The notes beneath the pieces are model-generated. The model made no database searches. It saw only the letters and a program-made list of their open reading frames with translations, and was not told where the DNA came from. Shown here one piece after another: positions 58,244 through 64,000 of a stretch of DNA of 64,000 bases (position 1 is the stretch's first letter; every line of letters begins with the position of its first letter). Position numbers and translations under genes: made by a program. The DNA lies in NCBI GenBank assembly GCA_963700145.1, contig OY969474.1, forward strand, positions 928,001-992,000, written 5' to 3'. Source of the DNA: an uncultured Acidobacteriota bacterium. GTDB taxonomy: Bacteria > Acidobacteriota > Thermoanaerobaculia > Multivoradales > UBA5704.

Positions 58244-59224
58244 GTGCAGTTGCGAATCAGCCTCTTCAGCGGCGTCGAGGTCTCGCTCGGGTCGGTCGTG
58301 CAGCCGCGGTTCCCAACGCACAAATCGGCCGGCCTCTTCGCATTCCTGATCCTCCAGCGCGGCCGTTACCACCGCCGTGAGGCGCTGGCGGGGCGCTTCT
58401 GGAGCGAGCACCCCGAGGCCGACGCGCGCAAGGCCCTGCGCACCGAGCTCTGGCGCGTGCGCCAGGTCGTCGAGCCCGCCGGCGTCGCGCCGGGCACCTT
58501 CCTGCAGGGCGACGCCGCGCGCGTTGCCTTCAACGTCGGCTCCGACTACTGGCTCGACATCGAGGAGTTCGAGCGCAAGCTGACGCCGTTCGCGGCCGGG
58601 CGCGGCGAGAGCACCGCGTCGATGCCACTCGACGAGGTGCATGCCGCGCTCGACCTCTACCGCGGCGACCTCCTCGAGGGCCTCCACGAGGAATGGTGCC
58701 TCTACGAGCGGCAGCGGCTTTCGAGCCTGTACGTCAGCGCCACTCAGCGCCTTGTCGACCTACTGATCCAGCACGCCGAATGGGGGCGCGCGGTGGCCGA
58801 GGCGCAGCGCCTGCTCGCCTACGACCCGCTGATCGAGCGCGTGCACCGGCACGCCATGCGCAGCTACGCCGAGCTCGACAACCGCGCCGCGTTCGTCCGG
58901 CAGTACCACCTCTGCGCCGAGGTGCTGGGGCGGGAGCTGGGGGTGGAGCCGTCCGACGAGACGCGGACGCTCTACGAGAAGTTCCAGCGCCAGCGGCACT
59001 GGAACTCGAGAGGCGTCAGCGCGCCCGCGCAGTTCGCTGCCCCGACCGAGCGCAAGGACCCCGAGATGTCGAACGCGCTCAACGAGCTGCAAGACGCCAA
59101 GCGGCGTCTCGCCGGCGCCACGGCGCTGCTTCAGCACGCCATCGACACTGTCGAGCGTCTCACCGCGGTGAAGGTGTCGCCGCCGCCGCGCGCGCTTCCG
59201 GAGACGGTCTTGAGGCGCCGCTGA
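58244..59224 (+). CDS. SARP/AfsR-type transcriptional activator (wHTH + BTAD)
   Basis: LFAFLIL, REALAGRFW, LRTELWRVR, DLYRGDLLEG..EEW...ERQRL, DPLIERVHR..MR.YA, LGVEPS; RBS GGAGG before GTG 58244. Confidence 0.88.
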   Translation: MQLRISLFSGVEVSLGSVVQPRFPTHKSAGLFAFLILQRGRYHRREALAGRFWSEHPEADARKALRTELWRVRQVVEPAGVAPGTFLQGDAARVAFNVGSDYWLDIEEFERKLTPFAAGRGESTASMPLDEVHAALDLYRGDLLEGLHEEWCLYERQRLSSLYVSATQRLVDLLIQHAEWGRAVAEAQRLLAYDPLIERVHRHAMRSYAELDNRAAFVRQYHLCAEVLGRELGVEPSDETRTLYEKFQRQRHWNSRGVSAPAQFAAPTERKDPEMSNALNELQDAKRRLAGATALLQHAIDTVERLTAVKVSPPPRALPETVLRRR

Positions 59225-59325
59225 GGCACTCTTGAGACTGCGGCGTTCTACAGTCCTCACAGCAGCAGCGGCAGTACGAGAGAGGCAGCCACTCCGGGCT
59301 TCGCAGCGGCTGGGCGGCGGTAGGT

Positions 59326-60297
59326 ATGGGACGCTTGACTCGAGTGCTATTTGCGATCGCGCCCGCCGAGGTGACCTTCACGCGGCGCGGCTTCCACCGC
59401 GGCGACGGGGCGGCGGTGGAGCGGCTCGAGCTCGTCTCGCGCACCTTCCTCACCGGCTACCACGCGGCGCTCGGTGAGCCGCGCGCAGCGGCACTCGAGC
59501 TCCGGCTGCCGCGCTTCGACGAGGAGCTGGCCGGCTTCGCCTTCGAAGGCGCGGCAATGGGTCTGGGCATCCTCGACGCGCTGAGCCCCTGGCCGGGAGG
59601 GCGCGTCGGACGGTATCTGGCGGGGCCGGCGGCACCGCACGTCTACGTCGCGCACGTCGGCGTCGGCTGGGCGCTGGCGCGGCTGCCTTTCGCGACGCGC
59701 CGGCTGCTCGCCCCGCTCGATCCTCTCCTCCGCTGGCTCACCTTCGACGGCCACGGCTTCCACGACGGCTTCTTCGACCCGGCGCGAGCCGTCCACCGGC
59801 AGGTGGCGCCCGAGCGACTGCGCGGCTACGCCCGCCGGGTGTACGACCAGGGCCTAGGGCGGAGCCTCTGGTTCTCCGCGGGCGCCGACCCGCGGCGGAT
59901 CGCAGCGGCAATCGGCGCGTTCGCCGCCGCGCGGCGCGCCGACCTCTGGTCCGGCGTTGGCCTCGCCTGTGCTTATGCGGGCGGCGTCGACGCCGGGGCT
60001 CTCGACTGCCTGCGCACCTTGGCCGGCTGGTACCTGCCGCACGTCGCGCAGGGAGCCGCCTTCGGCGCCAAAGCCCGCCACCGCGCCGGGAACCTGACCC
60101 CGAGCACCGACCGCGCCTGCCGCTCGCTCTGCGGCATCGCCGCCGAGGAAGCCGCGGCGGTGACCGACGCCGCGGCGGCGGCGCTGCCCACCCACCCTGC
60201 CGGCGGCCCGTCCGGACACGACGCGGAGCCGCTCTGGGAGAGCTGGCGCAGCTTGACACGGCGGCGTTTCGCCGCCCTGGAGGCGATTCCCGGATGA
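59326..60297 (+). CDS. unbL: Enediyne biosynthesis protein E3/UnbL (DUF1702)
   Basis: VTFTRRGF, GFAFEGAAM, YVAHVGVGWALAR, DGHGFHDGFF, DQGLGRSLWF, DLWSGVGLACAYAGG. Confidence 0.88.
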   Translation: MGRLTRVLFAIAPAEVTFTRRGFHRGDGAAVERLELVSRTFLTGYHAALGEPRAAALELRLPRFDEELAGFAFEGAAMGLGILDALSPWPGGRVGRYLAGPAAPHVYVAHVGVGWALARLPFATRRLLAPLDPLLRWLTFDGHGFHDGFFDPARAVHRQVAPERLRGYARRVYDQGLGRSLWFSAGADPRRIAAAIGAFAAARRADLWSGVGLACAYAGGVDAGALDCLRTLAGWYLPHVAQGAAFGAKARHRAGNLTPSTDRACRSLCGIAAEEAAAVTDAAAAALPTHPAGGPSGHDAEPLWESWRSLTRRRFAALEAIPG

Positions 60298-62258
60298 GCG
60301 CCGGCCGCCCGCTCCGCCGCCACGCCCCCAAGCTCGTCGCGCTCGGCCTGATAGGAGCGCTCTACGGCTTCGCCCGCGAGCCCGTGCCCTCGCCCGCCGC
60401 GGCGGCGGCGCTCGCCGCGCGCTTCCGCTTCGACGCCGCGGCACTGCCCGAGCCTCCCGGCCGGTCCGCCGCCGGCGTGCGGCGGGTGCACCCGACCCTC
60501 GAGCGGATCGCCGGCTGGATCTCCTCGGTCGGCGCGGCGATCGCCCTCGGGGACCTCGACGGTGACGGACTGCCGAACGACGCCTGTCACGTCGACCCGC
60601 GCTTCGACGCCGTGATCGTCGCCCCGCTACCGGGAACCGGCGGCCGTTTCGACCTCTTTACTCTCGACCCACCCGCGCTCCCCGACCGCAACTGGGCGGC
60701 GGCGGCGATGGGCTGCGTCCTCGCCGACCTCAACGAGGACGGGCTCGCCGATCTCCTCGTCTACTACTGGGGGCGGACGCCGGTGGCGTTCCTGCGCCGG
60801 CAAGGGGCGGGCCTCGCCGCCGCGCGCTTCCGAGCGCTCGAGATCGTGCCGGGACGCGAGCGCTGGTACACCAACGCTGCGACCCGCGCCGACCTCGACG
60901 GCGACGGCCACCCGGACCTCGTCTTCGGCAACTACTTCCCCGACGGCTCCCGCATCCTCGACGCCCGAGCGCCGGGGCGCGAGGCGATGCCGGACAGCAT
61001 GTCGCGCGCCGCCAACGGCGGGCGCAACCGGTTGCTCTTGTGGGCAGGGGGCCGGGGCGGCGCCGAGCCGGCGGTCCGCTTCGCCGACGCCTCCACCGCG
61101 CTCGAGCCGGCGCTCGCCACCGCCTGGACGCTGGCGGTGGGCGCCGCCGACCTCGACCACGACCTCCTTGCCGAGCTGTACTTCGCCAACGACTTCGGCC
61201 CCGACCAACTGCTCCACAACCGCAGCCGCCCGGGCCGGCCGGCGTTCGCGCCCCTCGCCGGCGAGCGCGGCTGGACCACCCCCGCCTCGAAGGTCCTGGG
61301 CGGCGACTCGTTCAAGGGCATGGGCGTCGACTTCGCCGACCTCTCGGGCGACGGCCTGCTCGACATCTACGTCAGCAACATCGCCCAGGAGTTCGCGCTC
61401 GAGGAGAGCCACTTCGCCTACGTCTCGACCGGTGCCACGGCGCGGATGCGCGACGGCGTCGCTCCCTACGTCGACCGCAGCGAGCCGCTCGGCTTGGCGC
61501 GCAGCGGTTGGGCGTGGGAGTCGCGACTCGCCGACTTCGACAACGACGGCGTGCTCGAGGCGGTCCAGGCCACCGGCTTCATCCGCGGGGCGGTCAACCG
61601 CTGGCCGGAGCTGCACGAGCTGGCGATGGGCAACGACCGGCTGCTCCACCGGCCCGGGGCGTGGCCCCGTCTCCGCGCCGGCGACGCGCTGTCGGGCGAC
61701 CTCGCGAACGCCTTCTTCGTGCGGGCAGCGGACGGGCGCTACGTCGACGTCGCGCTGCGCGTCGGCCTCGGGCGGAGGCAGGTGTCGCGCGGCGTCGCCA
61801 CCGCCGACGTCGACGCCGACGGCGCGCTCGACCTGGCGGTGGCGAACCAGTGGGAGCCTTCCTATCTCTATAGGAACCGCGGGCGCGGAGCCGCGGCGGC
61901 GCCGTACCTCGGGCTGCGCCTGCTCCTGCCTCTCCGCCCCGCGGCGGGCGCCCACCTGCCCGGCCTAGCGGCGCCGTCGCTGCCGGCGCGCGCCGCCGTC
62001 GGCGCCGCCGCGGAGGTGCGCCTGCCGGACGGCCGCCTTCTCGCTGCCGAGGTCGACGGCGGCAACGGCCACTCGGGCGACCGCAGCCCGGAGCTGCACT
62101 TCGGGCTCGGCGGGCTGCCCCCGGGCGGCCGCGTCGCCGTGGCGCTGCGCTGGCGCGATCCGGTGGGACGCTCACACGGCGCGCGCCTCACCTTGACCCC
62201 CGGCTGGCACACGCTGCTGCTGGGCTGGACCCCTCGCGAGAAGAGGGCTGAGGCATGA
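60294..62258 (+). CDS. unbV: Enediyne biosynthesis protein E4/UnbV (FG-GAP repeats + ASPIC/UnbV)
   Basis: IAGWISSVGAAIALGDLDGDG, YYWGRTP, ANDFGPD, SKVLGGDSFKGMG, NRWPELHELA, VDGGNGHSG.RSPELHFGLG. Confidence 0.9.
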   Translation: MSAGRPLRRHAPKLVALGLIGALYGFAREPVPSPAAAAALAARFRFDAAALPEPPGRSAAGVRRVHPTLERIAGWISSVGAAIALGDLDGDGLPNDACHVDPRFDAVIVAPLPGTGGRFDLFTLDPPALPDRNWAAAAMGCVLADLNEDGLADLLVYYWGRTPVAFLRRQGAGLAAARFRALEIVPGRERWYTNAATRADLDGDGHPDLVFGNYFPDGSRILDARAPGREAMPDSMSRAANGGRNRLLLWAGGRGGAEPAVRFADASTALEPALATAWTLAVGAADLDHDLLAELYFANDFGPDQLLHNRSRPGRPAFAPLAGERGWTTPASKVLGGDSFKGMGVDFADLSGDGLLDIYVSNIAQEFALEESHFAYVSTGATARMRDGVAPYVDRSEPLGLARSGWAWESRLADFDNDGVLEAVQATGFIRGAVNRWPELHELAMGNDRLLHRPGAWPRLRAGDALSGDLANAFFVRAADGRYVDVALRVGLGRRQVSRGVATADVDADGALDLAVANQWEPSYLYRNRGRGAAAAPYLGLRLLLPLRPAAGAHLPGLAAPSLPARAAVGAAAEVRLPDGRLLAAEVDGGNGHSGDRSPELHFGLGGLPPGGRVAVALRWRDPVGRSHGARLTLTPGWHTLLLGWTPREKRAEA

Positions 62259-63187
62259 CGAGCCCAGGGGATCTGCGCCTGCCGGCGCTGCGCCGCTTCG
62301 CCGTCGCCATCACGCTGCTCAACCTGGCCGGCCACGCCGTGCTCGGGTTCGAGCAGTCGTGGGCGCAGCCTCTGGTGGCGCTCGTCGCCGCCTACGTGAC
62401 CGAGCTGCTCCTCGCCGCCGTCGAGGCGCGCGCCGAGGGGCGGCCGGTGCCCTGGACCCGCGGCGGGCCACGCGGGCTCGTCGACGCGCTGCTCGCTCCG
62501 CACATCACCGGGCTCGCCGTCGCCATGCTCACCTACGCCAACGAGCGGCTGGCGCCGGTCGCCTTCGCCAGCGCCGCCGCCATCGCCTCGAAGTTCGTGC
62601 TGCGCGTGCCGATGGGAGCACGGCGCCGCCACTTCCTGAACCCGTCGAACGCCGGCATCACGCTCACCCTGCTCCTCTTCCCGTGGGTTGGCATCGCCCA
62701 ACCGTACATGTTCACCGAGGACCTGGGGCCGGTCGGCGACGTGCTGCTGCCGGCGCTCATCGTCTGCACCGGCAGCTTCCTCAACACCCGCTTCACCCGC
62801 CGCATCGTGCTGGCCGGTGCCTGGCTCGGCGGCTTCGCCGCGCAGGCGCTGCTGCGCGCCTTCCTCTTCGGCACGCCGCCTGCGGCGGGACTGGTGCCGA
62901 TGACCGGCGTCGCCTTCCTCCTCTTCACCTTCTACATGGTCACCGACCCCGCGACGACGCCCGACGACCGGCGCGGGCAGGTGCTCTTCGGTCTCTCGGT
63001 CGCCGCCACCTACGGCATGCTGATGCGCCTGCACGTCGTCTTCGGCCTGTTCTTCGCCCTCTCGATCGTCAGCCTGCTGCGCGGCACGCTGTTCGCCGCC
63101 CGCGCGCTGGCGCTGCGGCGCGCCGCGGCGGCGCGGCGGGTCGAGGGCGTGCTGCCACTGCCCGTGACCGTCGTGCCGCCGCGATGA
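62255..63187 (+). CDS. unbU: Enediyne biosynthesis membrane protein E5/UnbU
   Basis: LRRFAVAIT...LGFEQSW, HITGLAV, RHFLNPSN.GI, AQPYMFTE, FTFYMVTDPATTP. Confidence 0.88.
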   Translation: MTSPGDLRLPALRRFAVAITLLNLAGHAVLGFEQSWAQPLVALVAAYVTELLLAAVEARAEGRPVPWTRGGPRGLVDALLAPHITGLAVAMLTYANERLAPVAFASAAAIASKFVLRVPMGARRRHFLNPSNAGITLTLLLFPWVGIAQPYMFTEDLGPVGDVLLPALIVCTGSFLNTRFTRRIVLAGAWLGGFAAQALLRAFLFGTPPAAGLVPMTGVAFLLFTFYMVTDPATTPDDRRGQVLFGLSVAATYGMLMRLHVVFGLFFALSIVSLLRGTLFAARALALRRAAAARRVEGVLPLPVTVVPPR

Positions 63188-64000
63188 AGGGCGCCGTCGC
63201 CATTGTCGGCATGGCCTGCCGCTACCCGGACGCGCGGAGCCCGCGCGAGCTATGGGAGAACGCGCTCGCCGGCCGGCGGGCGTTCCGCCGCATCCCGGCC
63301 GAGCGGCTGCGGCTGGCCGACTACTACGCCGCCGACCGCGCCGCCGCCGACAGCATCTACTCGACCGAGGCGGCGGTGCTCGAGGGCTACGAGTTCGACC
63401 GCGTCCGCTTCCGCGTCGCAGGCCCTTCCTACCGCGCCGCGGACCTCGTCCACTGGCTGGCTCTCGACGTCGCGGCCGCCGCGCTCGCCGACGCCGGCTT
63501 TGCCGACGGCGCGGGGCTGCCGCGTGAGGCGACCGGCGTCCTCCTCGGCAACACCCTGACCGGCGAGCAGTCGCGCGCCAACCTCTTGCGGCTGCGCTGG
63601 CCCTACGTCCGGCGGGTGACGGCGGCGGCCCTCGCCGAGGCCGGGGTGGAGGAGCGCGGCGCGTTGCTCGCGCGGCTCGAGGCGCTCTACAAGGAACCGT
63701 TCCCGGAAGAGACCGAGGAGAGCTTGGCCGGCGGGCTCTCCAACACCATCGCCGGACGCATCTGCAACCACTTCGACCTCGGCGGCGGCGGCTACACCGT
63801 GGACGGCGCCTGCGCCTCGTCGCTGCTGGCGGTGGCGCAGGCCTGCGGCGCGCTCGCCGCCGGCGACCTCGAGGTGGCGCTGGCCGGCGGCGTCGACCTC
63901 TCGCTCGACCCCTTCGAGCTGGTCGGCTTCGCCCGCACCGGGGCGCTGGCGGCAGGCGCGATGCGGGTCTACGACGCCGGCTCGCGGGGCTTCATTCCCG
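63184..64000 (+). CDS. pksE: Enediyne iterative type I polyketide synthase PKSE, KS domain (partial, runs off the window)
   Basis: ATG 63184 overlaps the unbU stop. AIVGMACRYPDA, FDRVRFRVAG, HWLALDVA, GNTLTGEQSRANLLRLRWPYVRR, LAGGLSNTIAGRICNHFDLGGGGYTVDGACASSLLA (active-site Cys210). Missing from the ORF track because it has no stop codon. Confidence 0.92.
   Translation, partial: MKGAVAIVGMACRYPDARSPRELWENALAGRRAFRRIPAERLRLADYYAADRAAADSIYSTEAAVLEGYEFDRVRFRVAGPSYRAADLVHWLALDVAAAALADAGFADGAGLPREATGVLLGNTLTGEQSRANLLRLRWPYVRRVTAAALAEAGVEERGALLARLEALYKEPFPEETEESLAGGLSNTIAGRICNHFDLGGGGYTVDGACASSLLAVAQACGALAAGDLEVALAGGVDLSLDPFELVGFARTGALAAGAMRVYDAGSRGFIP

Noticed and set aside
60294-62258. Eukaryote-like integrin/CRTAC1 adhesin
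   Set aside because: FG-GAP/ASPIC repeats are the normal architecture of enediyne E4/UnbV.
62255-63187. RnfD/NqrB electron-transport subunit
   Set aside because: The NPS and TDP.T.P motifs are shared, but the position between unbV and pksE identifies it as UnbU/E5. No other rnf/nqr genes are present.

Overview
High-GC bacterial chromosome segment. The lineage is inferred to be Acidobacteriota (Thermoanaerobaculia-like) from gene order and protein style; this is not proven. Most of the window is housekeeping: rsmD, CCA/A-adding enzyme, dnaE, miaA-hfq, comEC, valS-birA-coaX, B12 mutase subunits, two acyl-CoA dehydrogenases, pyrE, degP, and rimP-nusA-infB-ylxP-rbfA-nrnA-truB-rpsO-pnp. Five accessory features stand out. 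(1) At the left edge, the end of an IS256-like element cuts a TIR-NB-ARC (APAF-1-like) gene at the start of its WD40 sensor, next to a toxin-antitoxin mini-cluster. (2) A NitT/TauT-type ABC system has a binding protein fused to an OmpA-like domain; it sits next to a DUF1906 hydrolase and a head-to-head 21-bp repeat array. (3) A REP-like repeat family is inserted in-frame in one gene and brackets comEC as a perfect inverted pair. (4) A low-GC islet is bounded by a decayed copy of the pyrE 3' end. (5) At the right edge, directly after pnp, are a SARP/BTAD regulator and a canonical enediyne cassette (unbL/E3-unbV/E4-unbU/E5-pksE), which runs off the window. No rRNA, tRNA or CRISPR array was seen. 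All family calls come from motif recognition by eye, not from database searches.
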